In this document: in pieces, positions 41,819-51,352 of the stretch
How the letters are laid out: each line of letters opens with the position of its first letter
How positions within the stretch are numbered: position 1 is the stretch's first letter
From: Marispirochaeta sp.
GTDB lineage: Bacteria; Spirochaetota; Spirochaetia; JC444; Marispirochaetaceae
Length of the DNA stretch: 64,000 nt
NCBI GenBank assembly: GCA_963676835.2
Contig: CAXXFF010000003.1
Location: 288,001-352,000 of the forward strand
Direction of reading: 5' to 3'
Position numbers and translations under genes: made by a program
Notes under the pieces: generated by a model
Database searches by the model: none
What the model was told of the DNA's origin: nothing
The model's input: only the letters and a program-made list of their open reading frames with translations

Positions 41819-42910
41819 GTGCAAAATCTTAATATTCTTTTTCTTGAACCTTTCTATGGCGGGTCACATAAAGCCTTTGCTGACGGCCTAGTGCAAAACA
41901 GCAGACACACCTTTTCTCTGGTTACCATGCCTGCCCGCTTCTGGAAATGGCGAATGCGCGGAGCCGCTCTATATTACCTGGAAAAAATTACAAACTGGGA
42001 AGAATACGACCTTATTTTTGCCACTGATTTGATGAGCATCTCCGATCTTAAAGCCTTGTGTCCTGCAAAGCTTCCCCCTGTAATACTCTATTGTCATGAA
42101 AGCCAGTTGTCTTACCCCCTACCTGAAGGGGAACAGATGGATTATCAGTTTGGTTTTACCGATATAACCAGTGCCCTGGCGGCAGATAGCGTTCTTTTTA
42201 ACTCCCGCTTTCATTTTGACCAGTTCTTTAAGGAACTTCCCCGGTTTATACGTAAAATGCCGGAATTCCTGCCAAAATGGGCAGAAGCTGCAATAAGACA
42301 AAAAAGCCGGGTGATCTATCCCGGGGCCTCCCTTCACCAGTTCAGTAAAATAACCAAAGAAGCCAATAAAATTCCGAGGATTCTCTGGAATCACCGATGG
42401 GAATTCGATAAAGATCCTGAGCTTTTTTTTGAAGTACTTGAAGCCATAGACAGAAAGTCGATTGATTTTGAACTCATCCTGCTTGGTGAGAACTTTCAGA
42501 AAGTACCAAAAGCCTTTATCGCTGCCAAAGAGCGCTACGGAAAACGTATTCTAACCTACGGTTATGCTGAGAGCCGGGAAGAGTACTACCAGTGGCTCAG
42601 GTCGGCAGATATAACTATATCCACGGCCATCCAGGAAAATTTCGGTCTGTCTATTGTTGAGGCCGTCGCAGCAGGCGCGTATCCTCTGCTGCCGAAACGG
42701 CTATCGTATCCGGAAGTGATTCCGGGCCGCTTCCACGCCGACCATATTTATGAGAGCAAAAAAGATCTTCAACAGCGCCTCGTGAAACTTCTCACAAATG
42801 GAGTGCCGGATACCACAGCTTTGAGTTCAAATATGAACATTCACGACTGGTCCAATAGAATTACGGAATACGACAGTTTCTTTTCCGCAATGATGGAAAA
42901 AGAGTGCTAA
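41819..42910 (+). CDS. DUF3524 GT-B glycosyltransferase (GTDC1/QTMAN tRNA-queuosine mannosyltransferase-like)
   Basis: LEPFYGGSH, PARFWKWRMRG, YCHESQLSYP, WNHRWEFDKDP, QENFGLSIVEA, PKRLSYPE. Confidence 0.85.
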   Translation: MQNLNILFLEPFYGGSHKAFADGLVQNSRHTFSLVTMPARFWKWRMRGAALYYLEKITNWEEYDLIFATDLMSISDLKALCPAKLPPVILYCHESQLSYPLPEGEQMDYQFGFTDITSALAADSVLFNSRFHFDQFFKELPRFIRKMPEFLPKWAEAAIRQKSRVIYPGASLHQFSKITKEANKIPRILWNHRWEFDKDPELFFEVLEAIDRKSIDFELILLGENFQKVPKAFIAAKERYGKRILTYGYAESREEYYQWLRSADITISTAIQENFGLSIVEAVAAGAYPLLPKRLSYPEVIPGRFHADHIYESKKDLQQRLVKLLTNGVPDTTALSSNMNIHDWSNRITEYDSFFSAMMEKEC

Positions 42911-42911
42911 T

Positions 42912-43721
42912 ATGGCTAGAAAAAAGAGCAAACCAGATTTTGAGACCTGGTACTCCGACCTGTTCAAAGAAAGATGGAAAGAACTCCGTCACAGCATGGA
43001 AAAGCCAGGAACCCATTTTGAACTTAACAGGGGTTTACTGATACCATATTTTCTGGACAGGGCGTCCCTTTATCCGGTAGAAGCCCTGAAGCTGTCTAAG
43101 GCTGAACATATTCTCGATATGTGTGCCGCTCCCGGCGGCAAAAGTCTTGCCATTGCGACACAAATGCCCGAATCGGCCCTTCTAACCTCAAATGACCGCT
43201 CCGCCAATCGAAGGGGACGCTTAAAAAAAGTTCTGGATGAGCATCTTCCGGAAGGTATCCGGGCCAGGGTTACCGTCACCGGTCACGATGCATCCCGTTG
43301 GGGGCTCCATGAACAGAACTGCTATGACCGCATTCTTGCGGATGTTCCGTGCTCCTCCGAGCGCCATCTGGTACAGGATCCGGTCTACCTGAAAGATTGG
43401 AGCCCCGCCAGAACCCGGCACCTTTCGGTGCAGGCTTACGCCATTCTGGCAGCAGCTTTTACCGCCCTCAAGCCCGGCGGCCGAATCGTCTATTCCACCT
43501 GTGCACTTTCTCCTATGGAGAACGACGAAGTAATCCGCAAACTTAAAAAAAAGCACGGCACATCAGCAGTGTTTTTTTCAGATAGTACCTGTAACTCTCC
43601 GGATACTGAAAATAGTGGTGAAGCCACTGAATTCGGCAGGATTATTCTACCCGATACATGCGGAGGGTTGGGTCCGATTTTTTATGCATGCATCGGAAAA
43701 CTGGATGGTTCCCCTGCCTGA
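42912..43721 (+). CDS. RsmB/NOL1/NSUN-family RNA m5C methyltransferase (catalytic domain only)
   Basis: YFLDRAS, LDMCAAPGGKS, ILADVPCS (motif IV), VYSTCAL (motif VI); starts 1 nt after the GT stop. Confidence 0.9.
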   Translation: MARKKSKPDFETWYSDLFKERWKELRHSMEKPGTHFELNRGLLIPYFLDRASLYPVEALKLSKAEHILDMCAAPGGKSLAIATQMPESALLTSNDRSANRRGRLKKVLDEHLPEGIRARVTVTGHDASRWGLHEQNCYDRILADVPCSSERHLVQDPVYLKDWSPARTRHLSVQAYAILAAAFTALKPGGRIVYSTCALSPMENDEVIRKLKKKHGTSAVFFSDSTCNSPDTENSGEATEFGRIILPDTCGGLGPIFYACIGKLDGSPA

Positions 43722-43825
43722 GAAGGTGTGCAAGGATCATTTTTTCTGGTATGATCCACTGGTTTTTGCAGCAAAATCACGTGTGAAGCACACCCCAAAA
43801 CTATCCTGTAATTCAAGGCGGCCTG

Positions 43826-44299
43826 ATGAATCCCATACTGTTTACCATTATTCTAGCCATGCTTCCCATCTCTGAACTACGCGGTGCAATACCCTTCGCT
43901 TTATCCCAGGGTTATTCCATTCTTTATGTGTATCCGCTTTGTGTTATTCTAAACGGACTTGTTGCTCCTTTGGTGTTTATATTTCTCAGTACTGTTCACG
44001 TCTGGATGAACCGCTTTACCTGGTACCATAAACTGGTTAACCCTTTTATTGAACGCGCCCGCCACAAGGTATCAGCCCAGGTGGAAAAGTACGGGTACCT
44101 TGGCATTATGCTTTTTGTAGCAATACCGCTGCCGGTTACCGGAGCTTACACAGGAACCCTTGGCGCCTGGATTCTCGGGCTCAGCCGCCGCCGCACCATA
44201 ATTGCAGTATTCGCAGGTGTTATTATTTCCGGGCTAATTGTCAGCCTGGTTAGTATACTTGGCCTGGAAGCATTCAGCTTTTTTACCAAAAGCGTATAA
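43826..44299 (+). CDS. COG2426 / small multidrug-export-like membrane protein
   Basis: MLPISELRGAIP, FVAIPLPVTGAYTG motifs. Confidence 0.85.
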   Translation: MNPILFTIILAMLPISELRGAIPFALSQGYSILYVYPLCVILNGLVAPLVFIFLSTVHVWMNRFTWYHKLVNPFIERARHKVSAQVEKYGYLGIMLFVAIPLPVTGAYTGTLGAWILGLSRRRTIIAVFAGVIISGLIVSLVSILGLEAFSFFTKSV

Positions 44300-44316
44300 C
44301 CCGATCAGGATATACA

Positions 44317-46320
44317 ATGGATTTTACTTCCGGTCTTAATGATCGCCAGAGACAGGCGGTTGAAACAATAGACGGCCCGGTGCTGATCATAGCAGGTGCT
44401 GGTTCCGGTAAAACCAGAGTTATTACACACCGAATTGCTCACATGCTGACCAAAGGCATACCGCAATCTTCCATACTGGCCCTCACCTTTACCAACAAAG
44501 CTGCCCGGGAAATGTCTGAGCGGGTTCGGGAACTTACCGGGAAAAAACTGTCTAATCTTACGGTATCTACTTTTCATGCCTTTGGAGTCCAGATACTTCG
44601 GAAAACCATTAAACATCTGGACGGTTACCGCGACAACTTCAGCATCTATGATCAGGTGGATAAAAATGCTCTTATAAAGGAGTGTGCCAGGGAACAGGGA
44701 ATGGCACCGGATAACCTTGATCTCTTTGAAATAGGCAACATTTTCTCTTCGGTAAAAACCTTCCGCCATAAATGGGATAACGAAACCCGTATTTACCGTA
44801 AACTCTTTGATGAATATCAGGAACATCTTCAGCTTTATAATGCGGTAGACTTTGATGACCTGATTGTACAACCGATACATATCTTCCAGGATAATCCTGA
44901 TATACTTGAGGCTTACAGAGACCGTTACCGATACATCATGGTTGATGAGTTTCAGGATACCTCCATGGCACAGTACCGCATGGTTAAGATTCTTGCTGAA
45001 ACCAACAGGAATATCTGCGTTGTCGGCGACGATGATCAATCTATCTACTCCTGGCGGGGCGCCAATTACGAAAATATAATCAACTTTGAAAAAGATTTTT
45101 CCGAACTTAACGAAATCAAGCTTGAGCAAAACTACCGCTCAACCCAGAATATTCTGGCAGCGGCAAACGGACTTATTGCCCATAATACAAACCGTAAGGA
45201 AAAAGAGCTCTGGACCGGTACCGGTGACGGAAAAGCAATCGAAATCTATTATCCGGAAAACGAACAACGGGAATCTGATTTCATTACCACCATGATCCGT
45301 ATGCTTAAAAGCCGTAATGAGATTGAATACCACGATGTCGGTGTTTTGATCAGAACCAACTCTTTATCTGCATCACTGGAAGATGCATTCTTGAATGAGA
45401 ACATTCCCTATAAAATTTCCGGAGGGACAAGCTTCTTTCAGCGGAAGGAGATAAAAGACATTATTTCCTATCTGCGTATAATGGCCAACCCGGACGATGA
45501 TCTTAACCTGCTCAGAATAATCAACACCCCCAGGAGAGGCATCGGAAAGCGTACCCTTCAACGTATTCAGGAAACCGCGGAACATAAGCACTGCAGTATC
45601 TACAGCGCCATTTCAGCTCTCAGATATGCTTCAGATGCCGGTCTCAGCGAAAAGGCCCAGGCCGACCTGTCAGATTTTCTTAATCTTATAGACTATTACC
45701 GGGATCAGATTTTTTCAGGGAAAAGCCTCAGCCAGTCTGTTACCAATCTGGTAGACGCTGTGCAGTACTGGCCCTATCTTGTGGGAGAACATCAGAAAAG
45801 TGAGAAAACTGCCCGCTGGAAGTATGGAAATATCTGCAGATTCATTGAGATGATAGCCCAGTGGGAAGAAAACCAGAAAGCCGAAGGCCGGTCCGCTTCT
45901 GTATACAACTACCTGAACCGTATTACCCTTATTACCCGGGACGATGACCAGGATGATACCGACGGCAAGGTTAATATAATGACCATCCATGCAGCCAAGG
46001 GCCTTGAGTTCCAGCTGGTATTTCTGGCCGGCGTCGAGGCCCATCTTATTCCCCATGCAAGGTCGGTCGAAGAAAATCCCGCAAATCTCGAAGAAGAACG
46101 GCGCCTTTTTTACGTAGCCATTACCAGAGCCCGGGAGAAACTCTATATAACATCCTGCCGCATGAGAAAACAGATGCGGGATGTGCTAGTGTGTGAGCCC
46201 TCTCCATTTCTGAAAGAAATTCCCGAAGGGCTTATAGAGAACCATGTAGGCGAAGAAGAGCTGTCCACCGAAGACGCGGTGGAAGCCCTTTCCGCCCTTA
46301 GAGCAAAGTTCAATAAATAA
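44317..46320 (+). CDS. UvrD/PcrA/Rep ATP-dependent DNA helicase
   Basis: AGAGSGKT, TFTNKAA, VDEFQDT, VGDDDQSIYSWRGA, QNYRS, TIHAAKGLEF, EERRLFYVAITRA. Confidence 0.95.
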   Translation: MDFTSGLNDRQRQAVETIDGPVLIIAGAGSGKTRVITHRIAHMLTKGIPQSSILALTFTNKAAREMSERVRELTGKKLSNLTVSTFHAFGVQILRKTIKHLDGYRDNFSIYDQVDKNALIKECAREQGMAPDNLDLFEIGNIFSSVKTFRHKWDNETRIYRKLFDEYQEHLQLYNAVDFDDLIVQPIHIFQDNPDILEAYRDRYRYIMVDEFQDTSMAQYRMVKILAETNRNICVVGDDDQSIYSWRGANYENIINFEKDFSELNEIKLEQNYRSTQNILAAANGLIAHNTNRKEKELWTGTGDGKAIEIYYPENEQRESDFITTMIRMLKSRNEIEYHDVGVLIRTNSLSASLEDAFLNENIPYKISGGTSFFQRKEIKDIISYLRIMANPDDDLNLLRIINTPRRGIGKRTLQRIQETAEHKHCSIYSAISALRYASDAGLSEKAQADLSDFLNLIDYYRDQIFSGKSLSQSVTNLVDAVQYWPYLVGEHQKSEKTARWKYGNICRFIEMIAQWEENQKAEGRSASVYNYLNRITLITRDDDQDDTDGKVNIMTIHAAKGLEFQLVFLAGVEAHLIPHARSVEENPANLEEERRLFYVAITRAREKLYITSCRMRKQMRDVLVCEPSPFLKEIPEGLIENHVGEEELSTEDAVEALSALRAKFNK

Positions 46321-46354
46321 CAAGCATCTTTACGACATTAACGTGTATGAATGT

Positions 46355-46385
46355 AAAAAAAACCGGCCTTTAAAAGCCGGTTTTT
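46355..46385. terminator. Bidirectional intrinsic terminator
   Basis: AAAAAAAACCGGC-ctttaaaa-GCCGGTTTTT between convergent genes. Confidence 0.85.
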
Positions 46386-46405
46386 ACCATTCCATAATCT
46401 GCTGA

Positions 46406-47368
46406 TCAGGAATTCACAACATTTATCGGGCTGCCTTTCTGAAAAGCCGCAACATTATCGACAGCAATATCCATCAGGCGGGCGCGGGCTTCTCCGGTGG
46501 CCCAGGAAATATGGGGTGTAATCCAGCAATTCTTTGCTTTAAGCAAAGGATTGTCTGCCTTGATAGGCTCCGTAGAGACCACATCGAGACTTGCACCGGC
46601 TATTGTTCCATTATTAAGAGCTTCAGCCAGATCTTTTTCAACAATAAGAGGCCCTCTGGAAGTATTAACTATAAGGGCGCTTTTTTTCATCTTCTTGAGA
46701 TTCTCGGCATTGACAATCCCCTCCGTTTCCCGGAAAAGAGGACAATGGAGTGAAATAATATCAGACTCTTTAAAAAGCCGATCAAGATCAACCCATTCAA
46801 AGTTTTCCCGCCCGGACTGATCACTGGGAAACGCATCGTAAGCTATTACTTTGCAGCCGAAGCCTGCAATCATGTCAGCAAATCGCTGTCCGATCCGCCC
46901 GAAGCCGATAACTCCAACGGTTTTTCCTTCAAGCTCAATCAGGGGAAAATCCCAGAAACAGAAATCAGGCTGTGCAGTCCAGCGTCCTTCGGCAACAGCA
47001 ACGGCATGCTCCCTCACCCGCTGGGTAAAATTGAGAATATGAGACACTGCCATCTGCGCGACAGAAGAAGTGCCGTATGTAGGAATGTTGGTAACCGGAA
47101 TACCCAGTTCCTTTGCCGCTTCCACATCAACAACGTTATAACCAGTGGCAAGAACTCCGATATATTTCAGATCGCCTTTAAGAGCATTAAGGGTTTCTGC
47201 AGACAGAGGAGTCTTATTGGTGAGAATAATCTCAGCACCTTTTGATCTGCTGAGAATGTCTGCAGCTTCTGTTCGGTCATACAAAATGACTTCGCCGAGG
47301 GCTTTTAAACCATCCCAGGTTAAATCACCTGGATTCAGGGTAAATCCGTCAAGTACTACAATCTTCAT
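46406..47368 (-). CDS. D-2-hydroxyacid dehydrogenase (glycerate dehydrogenase / hydroxypyruvate reductase-like)
   Basis: MKIVVLDGFTLNPGDL, GFGRIG, SLHCPL, NTSRG, TPHISWA. Confidence 0.9.
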   Translation of the reverse strand: MKIVVLDGFTLNPGDLTWDGLKALGEVILYDRTEAADILSRSKGAEIILTNKTPLSAETLNALKGDLKYIGVLATGYNVVDVEAAKELGIPVTNIPTYGTSSVAQMAVSHILNFTQRVREHAVAVAEGRWTAQPDFCFWDFPLIELEGKTVGVIGFGRIGQRFADMIAGFGCKVIAYDAFPSDQSGRENFEWVDLDRLFKESDIISLHCPLFRETEGIVNAENLKKMKKSALIVNTSRGPLIVEKDLAEALNNGTIAGASLDVVSTEPIKADNPLLKAKNCWITPHISWATGEARARLMDIAVDNVAAFQKGSPINVVNS

Positions 47369-47424
47369 GCTTATGTCCTTATCGTTCAATATTTATCTAT
47401 ATTATATCCAATATGGCTATTAGA

Positions 47425-48708
47425 TCAATATCCCAGAACGATCCTGGGCAGCCACATTACAGTTGCCGGGAAATAGGTAATAATAAGCAGAACGCCAATC
47501 AGAGGTATAAGAAAAGGCATAATCTCTTTATACAGCTTCTCCAGCGGTACATTGGCTATCTTGCTTGAAACAAACAGAGACATTCCCACAGGCGGAGTAG
47601 AAAGTCCTATCATAAGGTTAAGAACAATGACAACGCCAAGATGTACCGGGTTAATACCAATTGCGTTTACCAGTGGCATCAGAAACGGAACGGTAATAAG
47701 CAGGATTGAAAGACTTTCCATAAACATGCCTAGAATTAGGAATACAATGTTCAGAAGAAGCAGTATCAGGTACTTATTGGTGGTTATTGAGAGAAGCCAG
47801 TCGGTAACTGCCTGAGGAATACCTTCCATGGCTATAACCCATGCAAAGGCGGTTGCTGCGGAGATAATAAAAATTACCGTGGCCGAGGTGACAACCGTAT
47901 CAATGAGGATTTTTTTCAAATCGTTAAAACTGATTTCCCTGTAGACAACAACGCCCAGAATGAATGAATAGACCGCTGCCACTACAGCAGCCTCAGTGGG
48001 TGTAAATATTCCACCGAGAATACCACCGATGATTATTACCGGGGTAAGCAGGCTGAGGAATGATTCCTTGAAGGAAACAGCAACCTCTTTGATGCTGAAC
48101 TTTTCACTTCTGGGATATTTTCTCTTCAGAGAAAAAACAAGCACAATAGCCATGGAGGCGAGTCCAAGAAGAAGACCCGGAATGAATCCGCCAAGGAAGA
48201 GAGCTCCAACAGAGACCTCTGCTGCTGCGCCATAGACAATCATGGGAATACTTGGGGGAATAATCGGTCCTATGGTGGCAGATGCTGTAGTTACTGCGGC
48301 ACTGAACTCGGCATCATAACCTTCAGCGGTCATGGCCTGCATTTCCACCTGCCCAAGACCGCCTGCATCCGCAACAGCGGAACCGGACATCCCGGAAAAG
48401 ATAATACTGGCAACAATGTTTGCATGACCCAGTCCGCCGGGAATCCTTCCCACCAGCGCAGTTGCAAAACGGAAAATTTTCCGGGTTATTCCGCCGGTAT
48501 TCATTAACTGGCCAGCCAGAATAAAGAATGGGATAGCCATAAGAATATATGAATCAACCCCGGATGCCATTCTATGAACAATAGAAAGAATGGAATATTG
48601 GCCGGTAATCAGAATAGCCACAATAGTGCTCATTCCCAGAGAGATGGCAATCGGCACACCAATGGACATAAGAATGGCAAAAACAATAAAAAGAACAAAT
48701 CCCATCAT
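47425..48708 (-). CDS. dctM: TRAP large permease DctM
   Basis: AIPFFILAG, GGLGHAN, SGSAVAD, IIPPS, TPTEA, STPPVG. Confidence 0.94.
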   Translation of the reverse strand: MMGFVLFIVFAILMSIGVPIAISLGMSTIVAILITGQYSILSIVHRMASGVDSYILMAIPFFILAGQLMNTGGITRKIFRFATALVGRIPGGLGHANIVASIIFSGMSGSAVADAGGLGQVEMQAMTAEGYDAEFSAAVTTASATIGPIIPPSIPMIVYGAAAEVSVGALFLGGFIPGLLLGLASMAIVLVFSLKRKYPRSEKFSIKEVAVSFKESFLSLLTPVIIIGGILGGIFTPTEAAVVAAVYSFILGVVVYREISFNDLKKILIDTVVTSATVIFIISAATAFAWVIAMEGIPQAVTDWLLSITTNKYLILLLLNIVFLILGMFMESLSILLITVPFLMPLVNAIGINPVHLGVVIVLNLMIGLSTPPVGMSLFVSSKIANVPLEKLYKEIMPFLIPLIGVLLIITYFPATVMWLPRIVLGY

Positions 48709-49217
48709 ATTTCTGCTCCGCTTGATAATGAGTCATCACTCGGCTTGCCGCTGAGTCGCTGGAGCAACCCGTCTATCTGGTTGAGAATCATGGGAATAGC
48801 CAGAAAGGGAAAAGCCAGATAAAAGAAGCCAATAGGCACCGGTATGGTGTTATACACCTGGGCCATGGTGTTCTGCACGAGCTTAAAGCCATTGAAAACA
48901 ACAATCAGAAGCAGAATGGTATTTATAAGCTCAATTCCTACTTCAAGGCCGGTACGTACATTTCCTTTTACGGAATTAAGCAGAAATGTGAGTCGGATAT
49001 GCTCAAATCGGGTAAACGCAATATATACGCCGGAGAAAACCATCCAGGCGAACATCAGTACAATAACTTCATACATCCAGATAATAGGACTCTGGAAAAC
49101 ATAACGGAAGATAACACTGGTCATGGTGCAGATTGTAAGCAGTACAATAAGCAAAAAGGCAAAACCTTCAATGACCTGTCTGACCTTCTCGTTAAAAGCA
49201 TGGAACGTGTCAATCAT
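48705..49217 (-). CDS. dctQ: TRAP small permease DctQ
   Basis: VIFRY...WMYE...HIRL; 4 TM segments. Confidence 0.88.
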   Translation of the reverse strand: MIDTFHAFNEKVRQVIEGFAFLLIVLLTICTMTSVIFRYVFQSPIIWMYEVIVLMFAWMVFSGVYIAFTRFEHIRLTFLLNSVKGNVRTGLEVGIELINTILLLIVVFNGFKLVQNTMAQVYNTIPVPIGFFYLAFPFLAIPMILNQIDGLLQRLSGKPSDDSLSSGAEI

Positions 49218-49442
49218 GTGTCTCCATCCTTACACAGGTAAATTATATGTATAGATCACGGAAAACTGGAACGAACAGCACTTGTTGCATCAAAATCCTG
49301 ACTCCATTATACCTTCAAGTCCGGAATTCCGCCTCAATTTTCTTTAGCCGTGACCGGTTCCGTTTTCATATGCAATAAAATAATCTTACTAGGATAACGT
49401 GATCCTGAAAGGATCAGTGGGATAATTAAGATAATAACCGGT

Positions 49443-49476
49443 AAAAATCCCGGACGGATTTAATTCCGCCCGGGAA
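49443..49476 (-). terminator. Hairpin / partial terminator after dctP
   Basis: TCCCGGGCGGA...TCCGTCCGGGA followed by TTTTT on the minus strand. Confidence 0.7.
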
Positions 49477-49489
49477 CTGTAACAATGCC

Positions 49490-50494
49490 TTATTTTGCAG
49501 CGTCTCTGATCTTTGCGATCAGGTCTTTACCAAGGGTGGATTCCCATTTGGTATAAACACTGGCAGTTGCAGACTGGAAAGCAGCGAGGTCGGGACGGGT
49601 TACAGTCATGCCTTTAGACTCGAGGTCTGCGAGCAGGTCTGCTTCGTTGCCCTGTACCATTGCACGGTGCTCTTTGGCATACTTGATAGCAGCTTCAGAG
49701 AGTACTTTCTGCTGGTCTGCGGAAAGTTTCTTCCATACAGCTTCGCTGATAATCATAGGGCAGCTTTCATACTTGTGATTGGTAATCGCAATGTATGCCT
49801 GAACTTCATCAAACTTTGCAGCATGGATGTTGGTAATTGGATTTTCCTGCGCATCAAATACACCCTGTGAAAGAGCCATGTAGAGCTCAGAGAATGCCAG
49901 AGGTGCGGGACTTGCGCCGAGAGCCTGGAAAATATCCAGAGTCATCTTATTCTCGGGAGTACGGATCTTCAGTCCGTTCAGGTCGGAAGGACTGTTAACC
50001 GCACGTTTGCTGTTGGTAATCTGGCGAAGACCATTTTCCCAGTATGCAAGTACACGGATGCCCTTTTTAGGCAGGTCTTTCGCAAGATCCATACCGATAG
50101 GACCGTCCAGTACGGGGCCGATCTTCTTTCCGGAACTGAACAGGAAGGGCAGCTCAATTGCTGCGAGTTTAGGCTCATAAGCAGCGACAACACCATGTGC
50201 GTTGATACTCATGTCCAGGGTACCAAGAGAAACCGCTTCTCCCATCTGCCGGTCGGTTCCGAGCATTTCTGCGGGGTACAGGTCAATCTTGATAGTTCCG
50301 TTACTCTTTTCTGCGACTTCGGCTGCAAACTTCTCGGCAACAATATGCCGGGGGTTAGTTGTAGGTGCACCATAGCCCAGTTTAAGGGTGGTAACCTTAG
50401 CTTCAGCTGATCCGCCGTCCTGCTGGCCGTTGGCAAATACCATGCCGCCCATAACTGCAAGAACTAAAAGAACAATAGTTAGTCTCTTTACCAT
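49490..50494 (-). CDS. dctP: TRAP substrate-binding protein DctP
   Basis: ELPFLF, WENGLRQ, GLKIRTP, FSELYMALSQGVFDAQENP. Confidence 0.94.
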   Translation of the reverse strand: MVKRLTIVLLVLAVMGGMVFANGQQDGGSAEAKVTTLKLGYGAPTTNPRHIVAEKFAAEVAEKSNGTIKIDLYPAEMLGTDRQMGEAVSLGTLDMSINAHGVVAAYEPKLAAIELPFLFSSGKKIGPVLDGPIGMDLAKDLPKKGIRVLAYWENGLRQITNSKRAVNSPSDLNGLKIRTPENKMTLDIFQALGASPAPLAFSELYMALSQGVFDAQENPITNIHAAKFDEVQAYIAITNHKYESCPMIISEAVWKKLSADQQKVLSEAAIKYAKEHRAMVQGNEADLLADLESKGMTVTRPDLAAFQSATASVYTKWESTLGKDLIAKIRDAAK

Positions 50495-50557
50495 AAAAGC
50501 CTCCTCTTTTCTTACGGTAATAACTTATATAATAGCGAATTCAATTTGAAATCGCCA

Positions 50558-51313
50558 TTAATCCATATGAGATCCGCCGTTTACGTCGATATCTTCTCCG
50601 GTAATATAGGCAGCTCCGTCGGAAGCGAGAAACGCAACGGTTTCTGCTATTTCATCGGGGCTTCCGGGACGTTTCATGGGTATAGTTTCCCATATCGCCC
50701 GCTCCCTCTCATCGGAGAGTCCTTTACGGATATCTGTAGCAATCAGGCCGGGGCAGACACTGTTTATTGTAATGTTATCTTCCACTACTTCCCTGGCGAA
50801 TGCCTTGCTGAAACCGAGGATTCCTGCCTTGGCCGCCGAATAGTGGGAGCCGCCGTAGACACCACCACCTCGTTTTCCGGAAACGGAGCTTATATTTACA
50901 ATACGGCCGTATTTATTCTTCTTCATCACCTTGGCGGCTTCGCGGCTGCAGAGGAATGTTCCGGTAAGGTTGACGGATATAATCCGGTTCCAGTCATCCA
51001 CCGTGGTTTCGAAGGTTGTCACTGGCTGGGTGATACCTGCATTGTTCACCAGAATATCAATCCGGCCGAATACCTCTTCAGCCTTTTCCATCATGGCGAT
51101 AACGCTTGCTTCATCGGTTACGTTGTTTTCTACAGCTATAGCCTTGCAGCCCTTTGCTTCAACCTCTGCGGCAACCTTCCTGGCACCTTCGAGATTCATA
51201 TCCGCAACGACAATATTGGCACCGTATTCTGCCAGTTTAAGTGCTATTGACCGTCCGATTCCACGCTCCGAACCGGAGCCGGTAACAATTGCTATTTTTC
51301 CTTTAAGATTCAT
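50558..51313 (-). CDS. SDR oxidoreductase (FabG-like)
   Basis: TGSGSERGIG, NNAG, YSAAK, ITGEDIDVNGG; ATG 51313 after AAGGAG. Confidence 0.9.
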   Translation of the reverse strand: MNLKGKIAIVTGSGSERGIGRSIALKLAEYGANIVVADMNLEGARKVAAEVEAKGCKAIAVENNVTDEASVIAMMEKAEEVFGRIDILVNNAGITQPVTTFETTVDDWNRIISVNLTGTFLCSREAAKVMKKNKYGRIVNISSVSGKRGGGVYGGSHYSAAKAGILGFSKAFAREVVEDNITINSVCPGLIATDIRKGLSDERERAIWETIPMKRPGSPDEIAETVAFLASDGAAYITGEDIDVNGGSHMD

Positions 51314-51352
51314 AGTGTCTCCTTTCAATAGTTGTTTTTCCGGTATGGAAAA

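Noticed and set aside
44305..45129. 274-aa minus-strand ORF
   Set aside because: Antisense shadow of the well-conserved UvrD gene, with no motifs or RBS
50546..51250. 234-aa plus-strand ORF
   Set aside because: Antisense shadow of the SDR gene, a common artefact for this family
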